Of a stretch of DNA of 64,000 nucleotides, positions 54,214 through 63,724 are shown in pieces (the stretch's first letter is position 1; every line of letters begins with the position of its first letter). The notes beneath the pieces are model-generated. The model saw nothing but the letters and a program-made list of their open reading frames with translations, was not told where the DNA came from and ran no database searches. Origin of the DNA: an uncultured Methylomirabilota bacterium. Its GTDB lineage: Bacteria; Methylomirabilota; Methylomirabilia; Methylomirabilales; 2-02-FULL-66-22. The stretch covers positions 1,344,001 through 1,408,000 of the forward strand of contig CAWJSJ010000002.1 of NCBI GenBank assembly GCA_963845565.1, given 5' to 3'. The translations under genes were made by a program, and so were the position numbers.

Positions 54214-55733
54214 AGCCGAGCCAGCGAGTAGTCCTGCAAGTCAACCCGGATGAAGCGGGCGAGGAGCGGGTGGACGCGCTCCAGTTCCCGGAAAACCTGG
54301 TGGGCGATGCGTCGGTAGGCCTCGTGGCCCTGACGACCCGAGCGGAGCTGGACGAAGTGATGGATCTCGCGCAGGTTCCAGGTGAAGAGCGCACGCTTCT
54401 TGTAGGCAAGGGGCAGGACGTACTGGGCCTCCCGCGGAAGGTCAGCGGCGATGGCGGCGTACGCGGCGGAGGCCTCGTCCATGCGCGCGCGGTACGCGTC
54501 CGTGAGGCCGTACCGCGCGATCTCGGGCGGCGTGCCGTACCCGTGGAGCGCCGTGGTCTCCTGGGGAGTCTGGGTGACCATCCGGTGCCGCTGGATGTCG
54601 CGATAGGCGCCGAAATCCACCAGGATGTCGAAGGTGTACGTCAGGTGCTCCAGGGCGCGTAACGGCTGGTCGTAAGGCCCACGGCGCTTCAGGTACTCGT
54701 CGAGAATCCGGATCTTCTCTTCCTTCGCGAGGGCGCGCACGCGGGCGTCGATCTGGACCAACGGGTGGGCCGCGTACCCGTACAGGAGGGCGGCCACCAA
54801 CTGGTCCTCGGCATCCGCGGGGTAACGAACCAGCGTGGCCTCCGCGCTGCCCGTCGGCGGCGTCCCGTCGAGGGCGTCCGTCGCACAACTCTCCATGGCC
54901 CGCCGGGTCTCCACCAGATACGGATTCACATCGGCATACTTGATCAATGTCGGAATGATCTGCTGCGCCTCGGCCTTTATGGCGGCCCCGACCTGCTGCG
55001 CCTCGGCAAGGGGGTGAGACAGGAGCTTACCGATCAACTGCTCGAGGGCGCGACCGTTGATCGTCATGCCGATATTGGTCAGGGTGGCGGCCGGCAAGAG
55101 GTAGCGCAGGACGTCGCACGCCTTGGCGCGGCAGGCATTTTCGAATGCCCGGTCGCTCTGCTTTGCGCCGCGCGGCGCGTCCTTCATGATCGCGGCGACG
55201 AGCGGTTCGGTCAGACGAGTGTAGGTGTCGAGGAGTGCGCCGCACGTCTCCTGGTAGCGCCGCGCGTGCGGCGAATTCAAAATGCTCGGCTCGCGGTAGA
55301 ATTTGTCGCGATCGAAGACCACGTACCGGGTGGATTTCTCGGTGTAGGAGGCGAGGCGGGCGTCCTCCACGATCTTGCTCGCGACGATGGAGACGTCCTC
55401 GATAGCCAGATGAGCCACGGCGTGTTCGGCGACCGAGGCGTGACCGTAACCCACCACCCACTTCTCGTGGAACTCCCGGGCTTTCCGCTTGGCCGAGACG
55501 AGATCGTCCTGGGCGAGGTCCGCCCAGCGAAGGCGGCGATCCAGGTCGAGGTCTTGCTCCTGGATCAGCTTGAGGAGATTCCGCCGCAGGCTCTCGCGGC
55601 TTCGGCTGTAATAGGCGAACAGGACCGCCACCACCTCTTCGGGCAGGTTTCGCAGGGCGAAGATCGGCCGCTCCACGTTGGTCACGTAGGGCTGCAGGAT
55701 CGCGATCTCGTCGGGTGCGAACGTCTCGCTCAT
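54210..55733 (-). CDS. thyX: FAD-dependent thymidylate synthase, tandem Thy1 domains
   Basis: GHASVAEHA, EKSTRY, RYLLP, RDIQRHR, HFVQLR. Confidence 0.88.
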   Translation of the reverse strand: MSETFAPDEIAILQPYVTNVERPIFALRNLPEEVVAVLFAYYSRSRESLRRNLLKLIQEQDLDLDRRLRWADLAQDDLVSAKRKAREFHEKWVVGYGHASVAEHAVAHLAIEDVSIVASKIVEDARLASYTEKSTRYVVFDRDKFYREPSILNSPHARRYQETCGALLDTYTRLTEPLVAAIMKDAPRGAKQSDRAFENACRAKACDVLRYLLPAATLTNIGMTINGRALEQLIGKLLSHPLAEAQQVGAAIKAEAQQIIPTLIKYADVNPYLVETRRAMESCATDALDGTPPTGSAEATLVRYPADAEDQLVAALLYGYAAHPLVQIDARVRALAKEEKIRILDEYLKRRGPYDQPLRALEHLTYTFDILVDFGAYRDIQRHRMVTQTPQETTALHGYGTPPEIARYGLTDAYRARMDEASAAYAAIAADLPREAQYVLPLAYKKRALFTWNLREIHHFVQLRSGRQGHEAYRRIAHQVFRELERVHPLLARFIRVDLQDYSLARL

Positions 55734-55746
55734 CCGGTATCGCCTG

Positions 55747-55814
55747 CTACGCCGTCGTCAACGTATGACGCGACCGGAGGAATTCCAGAGACAGCATATC
55801 GTAACGGCTCCTAA
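55747..55814 (+). repeat. Repeat family B, copy 6 (internally deleted)
   Basis: ctacgccgtcgtcaa...gaccggag...gcata-tcgtaacggctcctaa. Confidence 0.75.
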
Positions 55815-56245
55815 TCCTCCAGATCGTCCTCGTCTTCCACTTCCTGCATGAGGTCGAGGAAGTCCTCGTACCAGTCGGTGCGTTGCTGGAGGATGAACGC
55901 CACACCGTCCTTGATCCAGCCCATGCGGATCTCGCCGATCAGGCCGAGGTAGCGCTCGAAGGTCTTCAGCCGGGCGCGATCGCCATTGCTGGGGCCGGGC
56001 CCCTCCTTCTCGTCCACCCATTCGGCCAGTTCCTGAAGATCCTCCGCCTCCAGCGTTGCGCGGCCGACGAAGAGCGTGCGCACGCCCTCGGCTTTTGCGA
56101 TGCCGAGGAAATCCGGCCACTGGTCGGGGTTGCTCTGCCACCAGACGGTGGGCAAGTCCTCGGCCACGTACCCCGGATAAACCAGCAGGCCCTGCCGCCC
56201 TACAGCGGCCACGATCTCGCTCAACCGATCCGACAAGTCCGTCAT
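55811..56245 (-). CDS. Hypothetical acidic protein
   Basis: Coding-like composition; co-oriented between nuclease gene and thyX. Confidence 0.7.
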   Translation of the reverse strand: MTDLSDRLSEIVAAVGRQGLLVYPGYVAEDLPTVWWQSNPDQWPDFLGIAKAEGVRTLFVGRATLEAEDLQELAEWVDEKEGPGPSNGDRARLKTFERYLGLIGEIRMGWIKDGVAFILQQRTDWYEDFLDLMQEVEDEDDLED

Positions 56246-56299
56246 GGTCTTCACCCGCTCCCATGTCTCGAAAAGGGGCGACCCGCCACCGGGCACGCC

Positions 56300-56842
56300 T
56301 CACGCCCCCCACGCGACAAAGACCGTCCGGTCCTTGCCCTGGGAGGGAACCTTGACAAAACCCTCACGGCGCCCGTGCGCCACCACCTCTCGCAGGATTT
56401 CCACGTCCATACGGCAGTAATCCACCACGCGTTGCCGCAGGGCGGGATCCCCCGATCGCCACCACGTCACCGCCTCGGGGCCCGAACCGGTCTTCTGCTT
56501 CCCCAGGGTGACCTGGGCCACGTCCTGGAGTTTGGGGCGGAATCCCAGCCGGCGCTCCAGGTCCTTGAGCACGTCCAGGCTCTTGGCGCGCAGCGGGGCG
56601 ACCTCGCCGTACGCCGCCAGGACTTCCAGGTCGAACCGGATCCCGTTGTAGGTGATGACCCGGTCGAAGCCGGCGAGTTCCGCGATCAGCCGGGGAACGT
56701 CGGCCTCGTACCAGTCCCGGAATCCGGCCGGCTCGTCCCAGGTCACCGCCACGGAGACGCCGAAGGCCCGAATGTTGTTCCAGCCCCCCGGCACCTCGCT
56801 GGAGAGTCGCTGCGTCTCGACATCCAGATAGATCTCGGTCAC
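56300..56842 (-). CDS. RNase H-like DEDD exonuclease (YprB/RNase_H_2-like)
   Basis: YLDVET, YNGIRFD, YCRMDV (ExoI-III). Confidence 0.85.
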   Translation of the reverse strand: MTEIYLDVETQRLSSEVPGGWNNIRAFGVSVAVTWDEPAGFRDWYEADVPRLIAELAGFDRVITYNGIRFDLEVLAAYGEVAPLRAKSLDVLKDLERRLGFRPKLQDVAQVTLGKQKTGSGPEAVTWWRSGDPALRQRVVDYCRMDVEILREVVAHGRREGFVKVPSQGKDRTVFVAWGA

Positions 56843-57285
56843 AAGACCCTCCGCGCCACACGACCCATGCTAGTACGGCCGTGCGCAGAAGGGCAAGGGA
56901 GAAGTGAGTAGGAAGAACCGAGAGCCGGGCGGAGCGAGCCGCGAGCCTCGACAACGCCTGGTCAAATGGCCACTGGGTCCAGTCGTCCACTCGTCGGCTC
57001 TTGGCGAAGACAAAGGCCGACGGGCCGACCCGACGGTTCGAGGGCTCAAGGGGATCAACGGGCCGAGCCGGACCACTCAACCGCTCGCATCATTGCATGA
57101 GAAGACGGCGCCCGGATGGAGGCGTCGCCGGTTGGCGGGGATGGGACCGGTCGCGGCCGCAATCGTCGCGGTTCCAGACATTTCGCGGATAAGCCTTTCC
57201 TTATTGGGTGACCGTTGTTACCCTTCACCCGAGAGAGAGCGAGATTCTGCCCCAGTGGCTTTAGGATTCACGGAAATAGGGTCGC

Positions 57286-57690
57286 ATGATCTTCTCGCGC
57301 CTGAAAACGGAACACGACGTGATCGCCGTGATCAAAGAGATCAGCGGCGTGGACGTGCGGGCCTGCTATCAGTGCGGAAAGTGCACGGCCGGGTGTCCGC
57401 TGGCGTCGACCATGGATCTGATGCCGAATCAGATCCTGCGGCTGATCCAGGTGGGCGAACACGAACAAGCCCTGAGATCGCACACGATCTGGCAGTGCGC
57501 CTCCTGCCTCACCTGCGCCGCGCGATGCCCCAAGGAGGTGGATCCGGCGCGCGTCATGGACGCGCTCCGCACCCTGCTGATGCGGCAGGGCACGGTGCGC
57601 GTGGAGATTGCCAGCATTCCAGCCGACGTCTTGGCGGCAGCGCCCCAGCAAGCGCTCATCGGTGGGTTTCGGAAGTTCGTCGGGTATTGA
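57286..57690 (+). CDS. hdrC: Heterodisulfide reductase subunit C-like
   Basis: CYQCGKCTAGCP, IWQCASCLTCAARCP. Confidence 0.9.
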   Translation: MIFSRLKTEHDVIAVIKEISGVDVRACYQCGKCTAGCPLASTMDLMPNQILRLIQVGEHEQALRSHTIWQCASCLTCAARCPKEVDPARVMDALRTLLMRQGTVRVEIASIPADVLAAAPQQALIGGFRKFVGY

Positions 57691-57791
57691 GCGAGTTCAC
57701 ACGCTGATCCGCCCGCCCCCGACCGGGTCGGACTGGTCACGGTGCTCGACGGTTCAAAAATCCTGCGCATGAGACTCGGGGAGGGGGCTCA

Positions 57792-58685
57792 GTGCGTATT
57801 CCCTATTTTCCTGGCTGTACCCTGCACAGTAAAGCGCAGAGCTTCGACGCCTCGGCCCGCGCCGCTGCCCAGGCGCTCGACATCGTCATGGAGGAGTTGC
57901 CGGAGTGGACGTGCTGCGGCGCGACCTTCTCCATGTCGGCGGACAGCGCGATGGGGCTGGTGGCCCCCACCCGGATCCTGGCATCCGCCAAAGAGGCCGG
58001 AAAGCTCCTCACCCTCTGCAGCTTCTGCTACAACACGCTCAAGCGAACCAATCGCGTCATCGCCACCGACGCCGAACGGCGCCGCAAGGTGACGGCGTAT
58101 CTTGAAGAGGACTACCAAGGAACCGTTCAGACGGTCCACCTACTGGAAGTGCTGCGAGACGAGATCGGTTTCGCGGCTCTGGCCACTCGGGTGATCAAAC
58201 CGCTCCGCGGCCTCAAGGTCGCGCCGTACTATGGCTGCCTCCTTCTCCGGCCGGCCGACGAGATGGGATTCGACGATCCCGAGCGACCCACGATTCTCGA
58301 AGGGCTCCTTTCGAGTCTGGGTTGCGACGTGGTGGACTATCCCCACAAGACGGAGTGTTGCGGCTCGTTCGTGGCGGTCGGATCGCCCGACGCGGCCCGG
58401 GAGTGCTCGGCGCGGATCCTGGAGGTTGCGGCCAGGTGCGGCGCCGAGATGCTGGTGGTGAGCTGTCCGCTCTGTCAGTACAACCTCGACCAAGCGCAGC
58501 GCGTGGTGCAGACTGGCTCCGCCCGCCAGACCCGGGTGCCCGTGCTGTATTTCTCGCAATTGCTGGCCATCGCGCTCGGGTGCGATGAGGCCTGCCTGCA
58601 TCTTGACGGACACGCGATGGACCCGCGTCCCCGTTTGGCGGAATGGCTGACGCAGACGAGCCAGGCGACGGCGCTGGCCTCGTAG
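57792..58685 (+). CDS. hdrB: Heterodisulfide reductase subunit B-like (two CCG domains)
   Basis: YFPGC, WTCCG, CSFC, YYGC, ECCG, CPLC. Confidence 0.92.
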   Translation: MRIPYFPGCTLHSKAQSFDASARAAAQALDIVMEELPEWTCCGATFSMSADSAMGLVAPTRILASAKEAGKLLTLCSFCYNTLKRTNRVIATDAERRRKVTAYLEEDYQGTVQTVHLLEVLRDEIGFAALATRVIKPLRGLKVAPYYGCLLLRPADEMGFDDPERPTILEGLLSSLGCDVVDYPHKTECCGSFVAVGSPDAARECSARILEVAARCGAEMLVVSCPLCQYNLDQAQRVVQTGSARQTRVPVLYFSQLLAIALGCDEACLHLDGHAMDPRPRLAEWLTQTSQATALAS

Positions 58686-58699
58686 AGGAGTCCGGACCG

Positions 58700-59392
58700 A
58701 TGGCTGCCGAACCCGCGATGGTGCGATTCTTCTTGATGGGCAAACCGCACGATGTGCCCAGGGGCCTGACCATCCAGAAGGCCATGGAGTATGCCGGATT
58801 CCGGCAACTTCGGGGGTGCGGGTGCCGGGGCGGCTATTGTGGCGCCTGCGGCACGGTCTACCGTACGGCCAACGACTACCGACTGAAGGTCGGATTGGCC
58901 TGCCAGACGGTCGTCGAGGATCAGATGTATCTGGCCCTGATCCCGTTCTTTCCGGCCGTCAAGGCCACCTATCGGGTGGAGGACCTCCCGCCTACGGCGG
59001 AAACTCTCATCGGGCTGTATCCCGAGATCCTCCGCTGCCTCGGCTGCAATACCTGCCGGAAGGTCTGCCCCCAGCAGCTCGAGGTCATGCGGTACATCGC
59101 CGCGGCGCAGCGCGGCGACATCGCCAAGGTGGCCGATCTGTCGTTCGACTGTCTGATGTGCGGGTTGTGCGCCAGCCGATGTCCGGCCGAGATCGTCCAG
59201 TACAACGTGGCCGTCCTGGCCCGGCGGCTCTACGCGCGTCACATCGCGCCCTCGGCGGCCCACCTGGCGGCAAGAGTCCAGGAGATCGAGCAGGGGGAGT
59301 GCGAGGCCGACCTTGACCAGATCGTGGCGGCCGGCGAGGTGGAGTGGCGCAAGATGTACGCCGCCCGCGAGATCGAACCCGAGGAACTCTAG
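58700..59392 (+). CDS. SdhB/FrdB-like Fe-S protein ([2Fe-2S] + 2x[4Fe-4S])
   Basis: GCRGGYCGAC..LACQ; CLGCNTCRKVCP; CLMCGLCASRCP. Confidence 0.85.
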   Translation: MAAEPAMVRFFLMGKPHDVPRGLTIQKAMEYAGFRQLRGCGCRGGYCGACGTVYRTANDYRLKVGLACQTVVEDQMYLALIPFFPAVKATYRVEDLPPTAETLIGLYPEILRCLGCNTCRKVCPQQLEVMRYIAAAQRGDIAKVADLSFDCLMCGLCASRCPAEIVQYNVAVLARRLYARHIAPSAAHLAARVQEIEQGECEADLDQIVAAGEVEWRKMYAAREIEPEEL

Positions 59393-59455
59393 CAAGGTGA
59401 TGAAGGACTCGTCTTTACTCAGGCTGCTCAGCAGCCTGATGGGGGAGGATCTCTC

Positions 59456-61093
59456 GTGCTCTACGAACCCCATATGCTGGAGTCGATCAAGCGTGTCGAG
59501 GCGACCAGGAGCGAGCGCCTGGGTCAGCAGTTTTCTCGCCTCACCGCCGACGAGAAGGCCGCCCTCCTGAAAGGGTACCATCCCGACTATAAGGCGGGAA
59601 CCATGCGGGAGCTTGCCGTCGGCCCGAACGCCGGCGATCGGGTTCCGCACGAGTTGGCGGATCTGCTCGAAGGGCGCGGCCGGATCGACCCCGATGCCGT
59701 GGATCTCGGTCACGCGGACCACGACGTGGACATCCTGGTCATCGGCGGCGGCGGGGCGGGCACCTCGGCCGCCATGTTGGCGCACCAGCGGGGCGCCACG
59801 GTGCTCCTGACGACCAAGCTCCGCCTGGGCGACGCCAACACCATGATGGCGCAGGGCGGGATCCAGGCGGCCGACAAGCCCAACGACTCGCCGGCCATCC
59901 ACTTCCTGGACGTGATGGGCGGCGGCGGCTTCCAGAACATTCCGGAGTTGGTGCGGGCGCTGACCCACGATGCGCCCGCCGCCATGAAGTGGCTGGAGGA
60001 CCTGGGGGCCATGTTCGACAAGGAGTCGGACGGCACCATGGTCTCGATCCACGGGGGCGGGACCTCGCGGCGCAGGATGCACTCGGCCCGGGACTACAGC
60101 GGCGCCGAGATCATGCGGACGCTGCGCGACGAGTTCCGAAACCAGAAGATTCGACACCTCGAATTCACCTCTGCCGTAGAGCTGGTTCTCGACTCCAAGG
60201 GGCAATGCGCCGGGGCGGTCCTCTATGACATGGAGACAGGGGAATACCGGCTCGTCCGGGCCAAGGCGGTGATCCTGGCGACAGGAGGCATGGGACGGCT
60301 TCACGTCCAGCAGTTCCCCTGCACCAACCATTACGGGGCTACCGCCGACGGCCTGGTGATCGCCTATCGGGCGGGCGCCCGGATGGTGTTCATGGACGCT
60401 GTCCAGTACCACCCGACGGGTGTGGCCTACCCCGAACAGATCGTCGGACAGTTGGTGACGGAAAAGGTCCGGGGGCTCGGCGCGCAACTGGTCAACCGCG
60501 AAGGGCGCCGGTTCATCTTCGACCTGGAGACCCGGGACACCGTCTCCGCAGCCATCATCCGCGAATGCCTGGAGCGAGGGAATGGCGTTCAGACGAATAC
60601 CGGCATGGTGGGCGTGTGGCTGGATTCCCCGATGATCGAAATCCTCCGAGGCCCCGGGACCATCGCCAAGGCCCTGCCGGCCATGATGCGCCAGTACCAG
60701 CGGTTCGATCTCGACATGCGCGCGCTCCCCATCCTGGTCTATCCCACGCAGCACTATCAGAACGGCGGGTTGCTGATCGATGCTCACGGGGAGACCGGAA
60801 TCCCCAACCTGTTCGCCGCGGGCGAAGTGTCGGGCGGCGTGCACGGTCGCAATCGGCTGATGGGCAATTCCCTGCTGGATATCCTGGTCTTCGGGCGCCG
60901 CGCGGGCGTGGCGGCGGCGGAGCGAGTATCGAGTGTCACGCAGGGTGACCTCAACCTGGACCATGTCCGTGCGTATCAGGCGCGACTCACGGCATCGGGG
61001 AAAGAGACCGGGCGGCCGTCGCCCATGCTCCTGCCGAACTACGTCCGGCTCGAGACCATCGAGCGGACGGCCGGGGCGGCAAGGGCCGCCTGA
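59456..61093 (+). CDS. FrdA/SdhA/TfrA-like flavoprotein
   Basis: GGGGAG, AQGG, QYHPT, TEKVRG, TRD, HYQNGG, HGRNRLMGNS. Confidence 0.9.
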   Translation: MLYEPHMLESIKRVEATRSERLGQQFSRLTADEKAALLKGYHPDYKAGTMRELAVGPNAGDRVPHELADLLEGRGRIDPDAVDLGHADHDVDILVIGGGGAGTSAAMLAHQRGATVLLTTKLRLGDANTMMAQGGIQAADKPNDSPAIHFLDVMGGGGFQNIPELVRALTHDAPAAMKWLEDLGAMFDKESDGTMVSIHGGGTSRRRMHSARDYSGAEIMRTLRDEFRNQKIRHLEFTSAVELVLDSKGQCAGAVLYDMETGEYRLVRAKAVILATGGMGRLHVQQFPCTNHYGATADGLVIAYRAGARMVFMDAVQYHPTGVAYPEQIVGQLVTEKVRGLGAQLVNREGRRFIFDLETRDTVSAAIIRECLERGNGVQTNTGMVGVWLDSPMIEILRGPGTIAKALPAMMRQYQRFDLDMRALPILVYPTQHYQNGGLLIDAHGETGIPNLFAAGEVSGGVHGRNRLMGNSLLDILVFGRRAGVAAAERVSSVTQGDLNLDHVRAYQARLTASGKETGRPSPMLLPNYVRLETIERTAGAARAA

Positions 61094-61094
61094 C

Positions 61095-61213
61095 GGAAAC
61101 CGACAGGGACAGCGACAGGCAGGACAGGACAGGGACGAGGAAGATGGGGACGACGGGGAGTTGGGGCAACGAGGAGGATTTGACCGCTGTCGCTGGCGGG
61201 TATCGCTATCGGG
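61095..61213. repeat. Hexamer-period intergenic repeat, copy 2
   Basis: gacagggacagcgacagg...gctgtcgctgg. Confidence 0.65.
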
Positions 61214-61227
61214 TGCAGGGATAACAT

Positions 61228-63223
61228 ATGGCACGAACGGGCGTTTTCGTCTGTTGGTGTGGATCGAACATCGCGAAGACGGTAGATGTGGAGCGGGTGG
61301 CCGCCGAGGCAGGGACGATGCCCGGCGTCGTGCACGCGACCGACTACAAGTACATGTGCTCCGAGCCGGGCCAGAACCTGGTGCGCCAGGCGATCACGGA
61401 GCACAGTCTCGACCGGATCGTGGTCGCGTCCTGCTCGCCGCGCCTGCACGAGCCGACGTTCCGCAAGTGTGCCGCCCAGGCCGGCCTCAACCCCTTTATG
61501 GCAGAGATGGCCAACATCCGCGAGCACTGCTCCTGGGTGCACGCGGACCGGATCGAGGCCACCGGGAAGGCTATCGATCTCACCCGGATGGCGATCGCCC
61601 GCATCGCCGGAACGAGCCGCTCTCCCAGGCCCAGATTCCCATCACCAAGAAGGCCCTGGTGATCGGCGGGGGGATCGCCGGAATCCAGGCGGCGCTGGAC
61701 ATCGCCGAGGCCGGCTATCAGGTGACCCTGGTCGAGAAGACCCCCTCCATCGGCGGGCGGATGGCCCAGTACGACAAGACCTTCCCCACGCTCGACTGCG
61801 CGGCCTGCATCCTGACCCCAAAGATGGTCGACTGCGGCTCCAACCCCAATATCCGGATTCTCTCCTACTCCGAGGTCGAGGAGGTCTCGGGTTACGTCGG
61901 CAACTTCGAGGTCAAGATCCGCAGCCGCGCCCGCAGCGTGGACCCGGAGAAGTGCACCGGCTGCGGCGTCTGCTACGAGAAGTGCCCGGTCAAGGTCTCG
62001 TCCGAGTTCGACGTGGGCATGGGCATGCGAAAGGCCATCTATGTGCCGTTCCCGCAGGCCGTGCCGAACGTGCCCGTCATCGACCGGGAGCACTGCACCT
62101 ATTTCGTCAAACAGGGGCGCTGCCGGATCTGTGAGAAGTTCTGCGCGCCGGGGGCCATCCAGTTCGAAGAGCAGGATGAGATCCTCACCGACAAGTTCGG
62201 GGCTATCGTGATCGCCACGGGTTTCGACCTGTGGGACCAGGCGAAGCTGGGGGAATACGGCGGGGGCAAGTTCCCGACGTGATCTCCGGTCTCCAGTTCG
62301 AGCGACTGGTGAACGCCTCCGGGCCGACGAGCGGCAAGGTCGTGCGGCCCTCCGACCACACCGAGCCCAAGACGGTGGTCTTCGTCGCCTGCGTGGGGTC
62401 GCGGGACCCGGCCCACGGCCACTCGTACTGCTCCAAGGTCTGCTGCATGTACACCGCGAAGCAGGCCCTGCTGCTCAAGGAGAAGGTGCACGACGCCAAG
62501 GCCTACATCTTCTATATGGACATCCGCGCCAACGGGAAGGGCTACGAGGAGTTCGTGCAGCGGATGGTGGAGCGCTACGACGCCACCTACGTCCGGGGCC
62601 GCGTCTCCCGGATCTACCCGCTGGACGGCCAGGTGGTGGTGCAGGGGGCGGACACGCTCCTGGGGAAGCAGGTCGAGGTGCGGGCCGATCTGGTGGTGCT
62701 GGCGACGGCCATGGAGCCCCGCGCCGACGCCAAGGAGATGGCCCGCAAGCTGGGCATCTCCACCGATCAGGACCACTGGTTCTCCGAGGCCCACCCGAAG
62801 CTGCGCCCGATCGAGGTCCTCAGCGCCGGCATCTACCTGGCCGGGGCGTGCCAGTATCCCAAGGACATCCCGGACACGGTGGCGCAGGCCTCTGGGGCCG
62901 CCGCCAAGGTGGTGGACCTCTTCTCCAAGCCGCATCTCCTGTCCGAGCCGATGATCGCAGGCGTGGACGAAAGCAACTGTGTGGCCTGCCTCCTCTGCAA
63001 GGAGGTCTGCCCGTTCACCGCCATCGAGGCCGCCGAGGCCATGGACCCGGCGACTCGGAAGATGCGGCCGGTGGCGAAGGTCAACGAAGGCCTCTGCCAC
63101 GGCTGCGGCACCTGCGTTGCGGCCTGCCGGTCGGCCTCCATCCGGCTGCGGGGATTCAGCGACGATCAGATTCTCCTGCAGATCGAGGCGCTGGAACTGG
63201 CCCATAGCGGGGAAGGGGCGTAG
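61228..63223 (+). CDS. hdrA: Heterodisulfide reductase subunit A (frameshifts ~61607, ~62277)
   Basis: GVFVCWCG, SCSPRLH, NIREHC, KTFPTLDCAAC, CVGSRD..YCSKVCC, HPKLRP. Confidence 0.93.
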
Positions 63224-63226
63224 GGC

Positions 63227-63724
63227 GTGTCGAGCAAAGCGCAAGCCGTGGAGAGTCCGGTGGCGGCCCCGAAGTGGGAGCCGGTCATCGTGGCGTTCCT
63301 TTGCAACTGGTGCTCCTACGCGGGGGCAGACCTGGCCGGCTCCAGCCGGCTGAGCTACCCGGCCAACGTGCGGGTGGTGCGGGTGCCGTGCTCGGGCCGG
63401 GTCAACCCCATGTTCGTCATCCAGTGCTTCAAGCGCGGTTTCGATGGTGTGCTCATCGCCGGCTGCCACCCCGGCGACTGCCACTACGCCAAGGGAAACT
63501 TCTACGCCCGCCGCCGGATGCCCCTGGCGCAGGACTTTCTGGAATACCTGGGGGTCGAGCCGGGGCGCATCCGGTTCGACTGGGTCTCGGCCTCCGAGAG
63601 CGGCCGCTTCGCCGAGGTGGTGAGCGAGGTGACCGAGGCGGTGCGGAAGCTCGGCCCCTACACGCGGCGGACGTGGGCTCACGCGCCCGCCCTCCCGACG
63701 GAGCTCGCGCCTGTCCATGAGTAA
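63227..63724 (+). CDS. mvhD: MvhD/FlxD [2Fe-2S] subunit
   Basis: FLCNWCSY, VPCSGRV, GCHPGDCHY, WVSASE. Confidence 0.93.
   Translation: MSSKAQAVESPVAAPKWEPVIVAFLCNWCSYAGADLAGSSRLSYPANVRVVRVPCSGRVNPMFVIQCFKRGFDGVLIAGCHPGDCHYAKGNFYARRRMPLAQDFLEYLGVEPGRIRFDWVSASESGRFAEVVSEVTEAVRKLGPYTRRTWAHAPALPTELAPVHE

Noticed and set aside
56300..56842. DEDD nuclease as an anti-phage system
   Set aside because: No accompanying defence genes; context looks housekeeping.
62270..62290. TGA in hdrA as possible selenocysteine
   Set aside because: Homology continues in another frame (FPDVISG), so it is a 1-nt deletion; hdrA and mvhD Cys motifs are plain Cys.
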